DNA of 64,000 nt from Eledone cirrhosa (taxonomy: Eukaryota). The stretch spans positions 22,940,001 to 23,004,000 of the forward strand of contig OZ024743.1 in NCBI GenBank assembly GCA_964016885.1. The letters are read 5' to 3'. Positions within the stretch are counted from its first letter, which is position 1. Each line of letters opens with the position of its first letter. The notes under the pieces are model-generated. The model worked only from the letters and a program-made list of their open reading frames with translations. It searched no databases and had not been told where the DNA came from. The translations under genes and the position numbers were made by a program. Positions 41,350 through 52,799 of the stretch are shown here, in pieces.

Positions 41350-43739
41350 CATTAGCACAAACGTTACTGGTCCCCAAGAACAAAGACACCCACTTGGCAA
41401 AAAAACTACCGACCCATTGCATGCCAGAACCTGATGTATAAGATGTATACAGCCTGCCTGAACCTATTCCTCCAAGATCACTGTGAAAATAATAACATCA
41501 TCACAGATGAACAAGCAGCTGGAAAGAAAAGGGTTTGGGGATGTGCTGAACAACTCCTAATCAACAAAACTGCGATGTCGGAGGTGCGACAACTTAGGAG
41601 GAATATGACTACAGTCTGGCTGGACTACAAGAAAGCTTTCGATTCTGTTCCCCACTCTTGGATGATAGAGGCCCTCCAACTTGCTAAAATCCCAGACATT
41701 ATTGTCAGAGCCATAGAGAGGCTGTCTTCTTCTTGGGCTACTATCCTAAGGTTAAAGACAGAGAGGGAGGTCTCTATTTTCACTGATAAAATAAAATATT
41801 GCAGGGGTATATTTCAGGGGGACAGTCTCTCTGTGATATTGTTCATCTTGTCATTAAACCCCTTGTCCTTTCTGCTCAAGAAATGTGAGGGATACATCAT
41901 TGGCTCACAGGAGGACAGAAATACGAACCTAACCCATAACTTCTTTGTGGACGATCTGAAACTCTATGCCAAGAACATGGATGGGATGAAGAAAAATCTT
42001 GACCTGGTTACAACGTTCTCAAAGGATATAGGAATGGAGTTTGGCCAGGATAAATGCTCATACATGACTGTAAAGCGGGGAAAAACAACAACCCAATCTA
42101 GCAACATTGTCATCAATGGTCTAACTGTTTCACCGATATCTGATGAGGACTGCTACAGATACCTGGGGATAGATGAGAACATATCCTATAATGGTATCTG
42201 TAATAAAGAACGCGTAACCAGGGAATACTACACCCGATTAAGAAAGATCTGGTCATCGGAACTTTCTGCGCAAAACAAAACAGTGACTCACAATGTGTTT
42301 GCTGCGCCTGTCCTAACACCAACGTTTGGAATACTCAATTGGACGATAGATGAAATCAGAGCAGGTGATGTTGGAACTCGAAAAATATTGAACAACACCG
42401 GAAACTTCCACATCAACAGTGACATAGACCGCCTTTACTTGAAACGTAAGCAGGGAGGCAGAGGCCTAACATCAGTCCAGACAACATTTGAATGTCGCAT
42501 CATATCTCTCCGACATCTACGAACCTCGAAGCGTAGGAGCCCGGTTCTCGAGCAAGTCTATCTGCATGAAACAGATAAGATCATGAGAGTTGGGAAGGAA
42601 CTCCTTGAGAGATATTCCCTGTGTGATAATCAAAAACTCACACCCAGGGATGTCGCTCAGCAGTATCGCAGTGAATCCATGGATGAAAAACTGCATGCCT
42701 ATCAGCAAAAAATCATGCATGGATATGTTGCCAGGAAGCTCCAAAGTGAGAGTAATATAGATAAGGAAAGTAGTCTATATTGGACCAACAACCGCTATAT
42801 TGGCACCCACTTTGAAGGATACGCTTTTGCAATCCAAGAACAGGCGATTAGCACGAAATACCTGATTCACAAAAGAGATAGGGATGCAGACAAAACACCT
42901 AGATGTGATAACAAGTGCAGACTCTGCAGAACTAACATCGAGGATATCACCCATGTCATCAGCAGCTGCCCAAAGATGTCATCGCGGTACTATCTACCTA
43001 TGAGGCATGATGTAGTGGCCAAAACACTGTACAATGCAGTTCGTAGAAAAGATAGCCCCGATAATAAACACATTAAAAGCTACAACAATGTGGAAGACAT
43101 ACATGTAGATAATATGAAAGAGTACTGGTGGAATGTTCCAGTAAAAACCCCAATAAAATGCAGGCATAACAGACCAGATATTATGATATGGGACAGGGAG
43201 AAGAAAACATGCACAGTAGTGGAAATTAGTTGCCCAGCAGATGCCAATATAATATCAAAGATTAGTGAAAAGGAGAATATTTATGCAGAACTGATGAGAA
43301 ATCTGCAGATACTCCACCCTGATTACACCTTCAGATTTATGCCTGTGATTATTGGGGCACTGGGATATGTTAGTAACTGCCTCAATACAAATCTTGAGAA
43401 GCTAGGCTTCACAGGAACAGAAAGAACACAACTAGTTAGGAAATTACAAGTACAATCCATTAATGGAACAGTAAAAATATGTAAAACATTCCAAAAATTT
43501 TGCATCTAATAACTGCATATACACATGTACAGATACAAAACATATACACATGCACACATACAACTCAAAACATACACATCCACACATACAATAACATCCA
43601 TATCTACACATGCATGCATACATACATATCTACCTAGTTGATGTTGTGTAAATTCCAATGAGAGAGTCTTGTGTCTATGTTAGAAACCGACTCTCTCTCT
43701 CTATTGGTAAAACTTTGTGAAATTATAAAACCAGAAGAA
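41350..43739 (+). mobile_element. 5'-truncated R4/Dong-like RLE non-LTR retrotransposon ending in (CATA)n
   Basis: Coding similarity begins about 41350 (TLLVPK..NYRPIAC, one extra A in an A-run). 3' UTR ends CCAGAAGAA before (CATA)n at 43740-43799. Confidence 0.92.
41434..43509 (+). CDS. Retrotransposon polyprotein, N-terminally truncated: reverse transcriptase + CCHC zinc knuckle + restriction-like endonuclease
   Basis: 691 aa uninterrupted: DYKKAFDSVPH, GIFQGDSLS, FVDDLKL, YRYLG, CRLC..HVISSC, RHD, RPD..VEISCP..K..Y. Confidence 0.9.
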   Translation: MYKMYTACLNLFLQDHCENNNIITDEQAAGKKRVWGCAEQLLINKTAMSEVRQLRRNMTTVWLDYKKAFDSVPHSWMIEALQLAKIPDIIVRAIERLSSSWATILRLKTEREVSIFTDKIKYCRGIFQGDSLSVILFILSLNPLSFLLKKCEGYIIGSQEDRNTNLTHNFFVDDLKLYAKNMDGMKKNLDLVTTFSKDIGMEFGQDKCSYMTVKRGKTTTQSSNIVINGLTVSPISDEDCYRYLGIDENISYNGICNKERVTREYYTRLRKIWSSELSAQNKTVTHNVFAAPVLTPTFGILNWTIDEIRAGDVGTRKILNNTGNFHINSDIDRLYLKRKQGGRGLTSVQTTFECRIISLRHLRTSKRRSPVLEQVYLHETDKIMRVGKELLERYSLCDNQKLTPRDVAQQYRSESMDEKLHAYQQKIMHGYVARKLQSESNIDKESSLYWTNNRYIGTHFEGYAFAIQEQAISTKYLIHKRDRDADKTPRCDNKCRLCRTNIEDITHVISSCPKMSSRYYLPMRHDVVAKTLYNAVRRKDSPDNKHIKSYNNVEDIHVDNMKEYWWNVPVKTPIKCRHNRPDIMIWDREKKTCTVVEISCPADANIISKISEKENIYAELMRNLQILHPDYTFRFMPVIIGALGYVSNCLNTNLEKLGFTGTERTQLVRKLQVQSINGTVKICKTFQKFCI

Positions 43740-43769
43740 CATACATACATACATACATACATACATACA

Positions 43770-43802
<33 letters not shown>

Positions 43803-44329
43803 CCCAGTTAATTCGGTCACAAATCATCTTTTCGACCTTTACGCTAATTAGAAGAATGGGTTAGGGTTAAACAAGAGCTACTGCTTGTTAAATTAGTTCA
43901 GCTTATCTTCTTCGTGTTCGATGAGTTGAAAAATACACAGAAATAATTAAAAATAATGATGATGGTGGTGGTGATTATGGTGGTGATGGTGGTGGTGATG
44001 CTGGTGGTGATGCTGGTGGTGGTGATGGGGATGGGGATGGGGATGGTGATGGTGGTGATGATGGTGGTGGTGGTGATGGGGATGGTGATAGTGATGATGG
44101 TGGTGATGGTGGTGATGGTGATGATGGTAGTGATGATGGTGGTGATGGTGGTGATGGTGGTGGTGGTGGTGGTGGTGGCGGTGATGGTGATGGTGGTGAT
44201 GGTGGTGGTGGTGGTGGTGGTGGTGGTGGTGGTGATGGGGATGGTAATGATGGTGATGCGGAAATAGTCAATTTAATGGCAAAATGCAGTGATGCACTAA
44301 ATCAGCATCATCACCACTACTTCAACCTT

Positions 44330-44870
44330 CACCACCACCCCTACCCCTAACACCACCATCATCCCACACAACTACAACCACCTGCATCATCATCATCACC
44401 ATAACCGCAACCACTAACACCACCACCACCATCACCCCACACAACTAAACAACCATCATCATCACTAACACCACCACCACTACCACTAACACCACCATCA
44501 CTCCACGCAACTAAACAACCATCATCATCACCATCACCACCACCACTACCACTAACACCACCATCACCCCACACAACTAAACCACCATCATCATCACCAT
44601 CACCACCACCACTACCACTAACACCACCATCTCCACCACAACTAAACCACCATCATCATCACCATCACCACCACCACTACCACTAACACCACCATCTCCA
44701 CCACAACTAAACCACCATCATCATCACCATCACCACCACCACTACCACTAACACCACCATCTCCACCACAACTAAACCACCATCATCATCACCATCACTA
44801 CCACCACTACCACTAACACCACCATCTCCACCACAACTAAACCACCATCATCATCACCATCACCATCACC
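44330..44870. repeat. CCA-rich minisatellite, ~63-bp unit
   Basis: ACCACCATCTCCACCACAACTAAACCACCATCATCATCACCATCACCACCACCACTACCACTAAC repeated, degrading leftwards. Confidence 0.85.
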
Positions 44871-45689
44871 ATCGATATTGTTAGTTAGACCATCACCATC
44901 GATATTGTTAGCTAGACCATCACCATCGATATGGTTAGCTAGACTATCACCATCACCATCACCACCACCATCACCATCACCATCTCCATCACCATCGATA
45001 TTGTTAGTTAGACCATCACCATCGATATTGTCAGCTAGACCATCACCATCGATATGGTTAGCTAGACCATCACCATCACCATCACCATCGATATGGTTAG
45101 CTAGACCATCACCATCACCATCACCATCGATATGGTTAGTTAGACCATCACCATCACCATCGCCATCGATATGGTTAGCTAGACCATCACCATCACCATC
45201 ACCATCGATATGGTTAGCTAGACCATCACCATCACCATCACCATCGATATGGTTAGCTAGACCATCACCATCACCATCACCATCGATATGGTTAGCTAGA
45301 CCATCACCATCACCATCACCATCGATATGGTTAGTTAGACCATCACCATCACCATCGCCATCGATATGGTTAGCTAGACCATCACCATCACCATCACCAT
45401 CGATATGGTTAGCTAGACCATCACCATCACCATCACCATCGATATGGTTAGCTAGACCATCACCATCACCATCACCATCGATATGGTTAGCTAGACCATC
45501 ACCATCACCATCACCATCGATATGGTTAGCTAGACCATCACCATCACCATCGATATGGTTAGCTAGACCATCACCATCACCATCACCATCGATATGGTTA
45601 GCTAGACCATCACCATCACCATCGATATGGTTAGCTAGACCATCACCATCACCATCACCATCGATATGGTTAGCTAGACCATCACCATC
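44871..45689. repeat. Minisatellite, 33-39-bp unit
   Basis: ATCGATATGGTTAGCTAGACC(ATCACC)2-3 repeated about 20 times. Confidence 0.95.
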
Positions 45690-45715
45690 CTTTTCACATT
45701 ATTTCCTATCCCGCC

Positions 45716-45812
45716 GTGGTTCACTTTGACTTTCATCCTTACAGGGTCGATAAGATAAAGTACCAGTAATACACTGGTGATTGCTGGCCTTGTGCCAATA
45801 GTAGAAACAATT
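45716..45812 (+). mobile_element. SINE family A, truncated
   Basis: CTTTCATCCTTACAGGGTCGATAAGATAAAGTACC...GTAGAAACAATT. Confidence 0.75.
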
Positions 45813-45889
45813 ATTTCCGGGATTATTTAAAAAACAATTATGGCTATTATATTCATTACTATATCATCATCATCCTAATCATCATTATA

Positions 45890-48360
45890 ATGGTGGTGGT
45901 AGTAATAGTAGTAGTAGTAGTAGTAGGTGGTGGTGGTAGTGATGGTGGTGGTAGTGATGGTGGTGGTGGTGGTGATAGTTTTGGTGGTGGTGGTGGTGAT
46001 AGTTGTGGTGTTGGCTGGGGAGGTGATGGCGGTGGTGGTTATGGTGGTGGTGGTGGTGATAGTTGTCGTGGTGGTAGTGATGGTGGTGGTTGTGGTAGTG
46101 GTGGTGGTAGTGATAGTTTTGGTGGTGGTGGTGGTGGTGGTGGTGGTGGTGGTGGTGGTGATACTTTTGGTGGTGGTGGTGGTGATAGTTGTGGGGGGAA
46201 TAATTGGGGGGGTGATAGTTGTGGTGGTGGCTGGGGAGGTGATGGTGGTGGTGGTTATGGTGGTGGTGGTGGTGGTGGTGATAGTTGTGGTGGTGGTAGT
46301 GATGGTGGTGGTTGTGGTAGTGGTGGTGGTAGTGATAGTTTTGGTGGTGGTGGTGGTGATAGTTGTGGTGGTGGCTGGGGAGGTGATGGTGGTGGTGGTG
46401 GCTGGGGAGGTGATGGTGGTGGTGGTGGGGCTGGGGAGGTGATGGTGGTGGTGGCTGGGGAGGTGATGGTGGTGGCTGGGGAGGTGATGGTGGTGGTGGT
46501 GGTTGGGGAGGTGATGGTGGTGGTGGTTGGGGAGGTGATGGTGGTGGTGGTTGGGGAGGTGATGGTGGTGGTGGTTGGGGAGGTGATGGTGGTAGTGGTT
46601 GGGGAGGTGATGGTGGTGGTGGTTGGGGAGGTGATGGTGGTGGCTGGGGAGGTGATGGTGGTGGTGGTGGTTGGGGAGGTGATGGTGGTGGTGGTTGGGG
46701 AGGTGATGGTGGTGGTGGTTGGGGAGGTGATGGTGGTGGTGGTTGGGGAGGTGATGGTGGTGGTGGTTGGGGAGGTGATGGTGGTGGCTGGGGAGGTGAT
46801 GGTGGTGGTGGTGGTTGGGGAGGTGATGGTGGTGGTGGTTGGGGAGGTGATGGTGGTGGTGGTTGGGGAGGTGATGGTGGTGGTGGTTGGGGAGGTGATG
46901 GTGGTAGTGGTTGGGGAGGTGATGGTGGTGGTGGTTGGGGAGGTGATGGTGGTGGTGGTTGGGGAGGTGATGGTGGTGGTGGTGGCTGGGGAGGTGATGG
47001 TGGTAGTGGTTGGGGAGGTGATGGTGGTGGTGGTGGCTGGGGAGGTGATGGTGGTGGTGGTGGCTGGGGAGGTGATGGTGGTAGTGTTTGGGGAGGTGAT
47101 GGTGGTGGTGGTGGCTGGGGAGGTGATGGTGGTGGTGGTGGCTGGGGAGGTGATGGTGGTAGTGGTTGTGGAGGTGATGGTGGTGGTGGTTGGGGAGGTG
47201 ATGGTGGTGGTGGTGGCTGGGGAGGTGATGGTGGTGCTGGTGGCTGGGGAGGTGATGGTGGTGGTGGTGGCTGGGGAGGTGATGGTGGTGGTGGTGGCTG
47301 GGGAGGTGATGGTGGTGGTGGTTGGGGAGGTGATGGTGGTGGTGGTTGGGGAGGTGATGGTGGTGGTGGTGGATGGGGAGGCGATGGTGGTGGTGGTGGC
47401 TGGGGAGGTGATGGTGGTAGTGGTTGTGGAGGTGATGGTGGTGGTGGTTGGGGAGGTGATGGTGGTGGTGGTGGCTGGGGAGGTGATGGTGGTGGTGGTG
47501 GCTGGGGAGGTGATGGTGGTAGTGGTTGTGGAGGTGATGGTGGTGGTGGTTGGGGAGGTGATGGTGGTGGTGTTTGGGGAGGTGATGGTGGTGGTGGTGG
47601 CTGGGGAGGTGATGGTGGTGGTGGTGGCTGGGGAGGTGATGGTGGTGGTGGTTGGGGAGGTGATGGTGGTGGTGGTGGCTGGGGAGGTGATGGTGGTGCT
47701 GGTGGCTGGGGAGGTGATGGTGGTGGTGGTGGCTGGGGAGGTGATGGTGGTGGTGGTGGCTGGGGAGGTGATGGTGGTGGTGGTTGGGGAGGTGATGGTG
47801 GTGGTGGTGGTTGGGGAGGTGATGGTGGTGGTGGTTGGGGAGGTGATGGTGGTGGTGGTGGCTGGGGAGGTGATGGTGGTGGTGGTTGGGGAGGTGATGG
47901 TGGTGGTGGTGGCTGGGGAGGTGATGGTGGTGGTGGCTGGGGAGGTGATGGTGGTGGTGGTGGCTGGGGAGGTGATGGTGGTGGTGGTTGGGGAGGTGAT
48001 GGTGGTGGTGGCTGGGGAGGTGATGGTGGTGGTGGTTGGGGAGGTGATGGTGGTGGTGGCTGGGGAGGTGATGGTGGTGGTGGCTGGGGAGGTGATGGTG
48101 GTGGTGGTGGCTGGGGAGGTGATGGTGGTGGTGGTTGGGGAGGTGATGGTGGTGGTGGTTGGGGGGTGATGGTGGTGGTGGTGGCTGGGGAGGTGATGGT
48201 GGTGGTGGTTTATGGAGGTGATGGTGGTGGTGGCTGAGGAGGTGATGGTGGTGGTGGTGGCTGGGGAGGTGATGGTGGTGGTGGTTTATGGAGGTGATGG
48301 TGGTGGTGGCTGAGGAGGTGATGGTGGTGGTGGTTGGGGAGGTTATGGTGGTGGTGGTGG
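45890..48360. repeat. G-rich minisatellite GGGGAGGTGAT(GGT)nGG(T/C)T, units 18-24 bp, preceded by a (GGT)-derived tract
   Basis: About 2 kb of tandem units varying by whole GGT triplets. This produces the 850-aa His-rich and 759-aa Val-rich pseudo-ORFs. Confidence 0.95.
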
Positions 48361-48721
48361 TATCAATATCATCACCAACTTCCACTGTTATCAACAGTAA
48401 CTTTACCCTCACCCTCTTACCGTACACGAAAAAAACTAAAAACTAAAATGAACATGTGATAAGGTGCCGGGAGGTTTGAGGTGTGGTGGAAAAGTTGTTT
48501 CCTTTAATAAGATGCTTCTAGATCGATGTGTAATTGATCGGAGAAGAAGAAGGCAACTGGAAAGTGGATGTTTATTAAAGAAAGATGATTTTTTCTCTAC
48601 CATTTCTATTGCTCTGGGTCGAGAAATCCCGGACAGAAATCCGGAAATTTAATGAAACAATATTTTTAATGCATCTTGATTGACGGATCAGATGACATCC
48701 TACAGAACTATATATTGATTA

Positions 48722-48755
<34 letters not shown>

Positions 48756-48829
48756 TAAATATATATATTAATAAATATATATATAATATATTAATAAATA
48801 TATATATATATATATATTTATAAACATAC

Positions 48830-48862
<33 letters not shown>

Positions 48863-48864
48863 CG

Positions 48865-48897
<33 letters not shown>

Positions 48898-49057
48898 TGA
48901 GAGAGAGAGAGAGAGTGAGAGAGAGAGACAGACAGAGAGAGATTAATCTTAATCACATAGTATGTATATATGTATGTATGTATATATTATAAAGAGTCGA
49001 GACAAGCGATGAAATACCAATGATGGTTGGAAGATCACTGATGAAGGACTAACTTTA

Positions 49058-49134
<77 letters not shown>

Positions 49135-49190
49135 GTATGTATGTGTATATATGTATATTTACATATGCATACACGCACACATACATACAT

Positions 49191-49596
49191 AGTGGCTGCC
49201 AACTCCTTTTCGAGTACGGCCACTACTTTATATCCATGTAGGAGAACCCCAACCGATGCGCTGAACAAGTGTGACTTTTTAGACCAGCCAGCGACTTGAA
49301 AACTCTGCTACAAACACTACACTTGTGGCAATTATTGACACATAGTGCTGGGCCCATGGTACCATATGACGACAAGTGCAGAGAGATCTCCAGATATAAA
49401 GTAATGCCTGTGTCGTGAAGCTTTTATAGTGAGCAAAGGCACTGCACAAAGCCAGTCCCACTCTCTTAACCAAGATGATATTTACCAAAAAGAAGAACAA
49501 GTCAACATCATTAGATACCATCAGGGTTGCAGGTGTTATATCAGAGTTTTCCTTCTAGAATTCTGCCTTGAGAAAGGCTAAGGGCTCATCTCTCCC
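49191..49596. mobile_element. Interspersed repeat starting immediately after (CATA)n; second copy 62839-63148
   Basis: About 310 bp of high identity between the two copies. Both begin GTGGCTGCCAACTC directly after (CATA)n. Confidence 0.8.
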
Positions 49597-49659
49597 TACA
49601 TACATACATACATACATACATACATACATACATACATACATACATACATACATACATAC

Positions 49660-50760
49660 AACCAAAAGCTCACACCCAGGAAAGTTGCTCAGGAGTACCG
49701 CAGTGAATCCATGGATGAAAAACTGCTTGCTTATCAGCAAAAAATTATGCATGGATATGTTGCCAGGAAGCTCCAGAGTGAGAGTAATATAGATAAAGAA
49801 AGTAGTCTATCTTGGACCAACAACTGCTATATTGGCTCCCACTTTGAAGGATACGCTTTTGCAATCCAAGAACAGGAAATCAACACGAAATACCTGATTC
49901 ACAAAAGAGATAGGGATGCAGGTAAAACACCTAGATGTGACAAGTGCCGACTCTGCAGAATTAACATCAAAGATGTCACCCATGTCATAAGCAGCTGTCC
50001 AAAGATGTCATCGCGGTACTATCTACCTATGAGGCATGATGTAGTGGCCAAAACACTGTACGATGCAGTTCGTAAAAAAGATAGCCCCGATAATAAACAC
50101 ATTAAAAGCTACAGCAATGTGGAAAACATACATATACATAATATGAAAGAGTACTGGTGGAATGTTCCAGTAAAAACCGCAATAAAATGCAGGCATAACA
50201 GACCAGATATAATGATATGGGACAGGGTGAAGAAAACATGCACAGTAGAGGAAGTTAGCTGCCCAGCAGATGCCAATATAATATCAAAGATTAGCGAAAG
50301 CGAGAATATTTATGTAGAACTAATGAGAAATCTGCAGATACTCCACCCTGACTATACCTTCAGATTTATGCCTGTGATTATTGGGGCACTGGGATATGTT
50401 AGCAACCGCCTCAATACAAATCTTGAGAAGCTAGGCTTCACAGGAACAGAAAGAACACAACTAGTTAGGAAATTACAAGTACAGTCCATTAATGGAACAG
50501 TAAAAATGTTAAACATTCCAAACATTTTGCATCTAATAACTACATATACACATGTACCGATACAAAGCATATGCACATGCACACATACAGCTCAAAACAT
50601 AACATACCCACTTACAATAACATACATATCTGCACACACATGCATGCAGGCATACAGTCATATCTATCTAGTTGATGTGTAAATTCCAATTCTTGTAACT
50701 ATGTTAAAAACCGACTCTCTCTCTATTGGCAAAAATTTGTGAAATTATAAAACCAGAAGA
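49660..50760 (+). mobile_element. Second, more truncated copy of the R4/Dong-like element, flanked on both sides by (CATA)n
   Basis: Aligns to 42630-43739. ORF 49711-50682 has CCHC and RLE with a C-terminal frameshift. Same CCAGAAGAA|CATACATAC junction. Confidence 0.92.
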
Positions 50761-51050
50761 ACATACATACATACATACATACATACATACATACATACAT
50801 ACATACATGTGTGTATATTGGAGCATGGCCTATTACGTGATTTGGTTGTAGTCGCTGCAGATAGTACTAGTTTCATTATACCGTCAATATGTCAGCTACT
50901 GTTTGATAACGTCATGGCTGTTTTACGAAATCGGGAACGCAGGTCAGCGGTTAGTTTTGTGGGGGTCATCAGTGCAAGTTTACGGTGTATTTTGTGTGTT
51001 TTGCTTAAGGGTTAAGGCAATCAGCGATCTCAAATATATATATATGTGTG

Positions 51051-51122
<72 letters not shown>

Positions 51123-51182
51123 GATAGATATGTATGTATGTGCGTGTGTGTGTGTTTATGTATGTATTATGTATGTATATAT

Positions 51183-51329
51183 AATTGTTTCTACTTTTGA
51201 TACGAGGCCAACAATTATCCCAGTGTATTACTGGTACTTTATTTTATCGACCCCGTAAGGATGAAAGGCAAAGTTAACCTCGGCGGGATTTGAACTCAGA
51301 CTGGAGTTCAAATCCCGCCGAGGTTAACT
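51183..51329 (-). mobile_element. SINE family A with a fold-back inversion at its truncated 5' end
   Basis: 26-bp perfect arms 51272-51297 and 51304-51329 around AGACTG. Confidence 0.8.
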
Positions 51330-51372
51330 ATATAATGTGTGTGTGTGCGTGTCTCTGTTTGTGTGTGCGTGC

Positions 51373-51461
<89 letters not shown>

Positions 51462-51595
51462 TGTGTGAATATACAAGCGAACTTTCATTATACCACAATT
51501 GTTGGGATGTAAAAACAGTTCAATTCATACTCTACATAAGCATAGAGAGACGTTTAGGCGCAGATTTTTGAAATCCCTGTAATACATTTAATAAT

Positions 51596-52120
51596 AATTG
51601 TTTCTACGTTTGGCACAAGGCCAGCAATTATCCAGTGCATTACAGGTACTTTATTTTATCGACCCCGTAAGGATGAAAGGCAAAGTTAACCTCAGCGGGA
51701 TTTGAACTCAGAATGGCAAGGGCCGTAACTCTATACGTCAAAGCATGGCGTCCGACCCTCTACCGATACTGCCAATCCATAATTAATAATGGTTTTAAAG
51801 AGCCAGAATAATTACTTTTGCGCATTTGTTCGACACTCTAACGATTCTGCCATGTCACAGTCTTAACTTCTTTAAAATAATTAAAACAATGTGTGCCTTA
51901 TAATGATTTCAGATATAGGCACATGGCCAGCAATTTTGGTGAAAGGGGAAGTCAATTAAATCGACCCCAGTGCGTTACTCGTACTTTATTTCATCGACCC
52001 GGAAAGGATGAAAGGCAAAGATAACCTCGGAGGGATTTGAACTCAGAACGTAAAGGGCCATAAATCTATGCTACAAAGCATGGTGTCTGACGCTCTACCG
52101 ATTCTGCCAATCTTCCACCC
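51596..52120 (-). mobile_element. Two full SINE family A copies (51596-51779, 51903-52120)
   Basis: Complete body with A and B boxes on the minus strand. Confidence 0.85.
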
Positions 52121-52799
52121 TATGTTTGCTTAATAGTGAATGCTTTACTATTGTTTTCTTTCACTTTCTAAAACATTTTAATTTTCACTTTCTGAAAGAT
52201 TTTACTTTAAAAAAATTAATTACAAATCCAAACAAAATAAATTTCAATTTTAATCGAACAAAATCACGATTGACAGTTAATAGAATATTTTTGCATTAGG
52301 AATTTCAATGAAAAAATGGTAATTTTGGATTTAGCCAATTTGACCTTTTGTTTCGAAGGGAAGTCTTCAGTTCTTGTAACATGTTGAACACTCTGACAGG
52401 CCCGTTGCCGGCTTTGCTGTTCGCCTGGATGGAGTGTGGGTGGAGGTCTTTAGAACATTCTGGTGTGGGGAGCGGGGGGGTTCACTTTAATTCACAGTAA
52501 TTCTAAAGTAGTGTTTCAGAATATAAATATCACCGTATATGTTTCTAAATCTGAGAGTACTCCATTGAAATGTAGGGGCTTGGAGGGAGAAATGCCATAC
52601 AAGGTCCCCCACGTAGTAGACAACAGTTTCAAAGTCAGATCAGGATCAAAGAAATTAACGCAATGTTTCAACACTTCAAAACGCTAAATTTGGGATTGTG
52701 TTAAGTTTGTTAATTTTATTTCAGCTTCTTCAATTTCTTCTGACTTCTTAGGTTTTAGCTATATATCTGTCATTTATATTAACAGGCAATAACTCACAA

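Noticed and set aside
44871-45689. CRISPR-like array or the 283-aa SPSIWLARP protein
   Set aside because: The intervening sequences are identical (ATCACC)n, not unique spacers. There are no cas genes and the context is eukaryotic.
45875-48427. 850-aa His-rich protein
   Set aside because: Non-ATG start and no signal peptide; the frame is open only because units vary by triplets; the opposite strand is open too.
49191-49260. HDV-like ribozyme at the start of the CATA-anchored repeat
   Set aside because: A P1-like stem exists, but there is no room for P2, no UCC-type L3 and no GG after P1.
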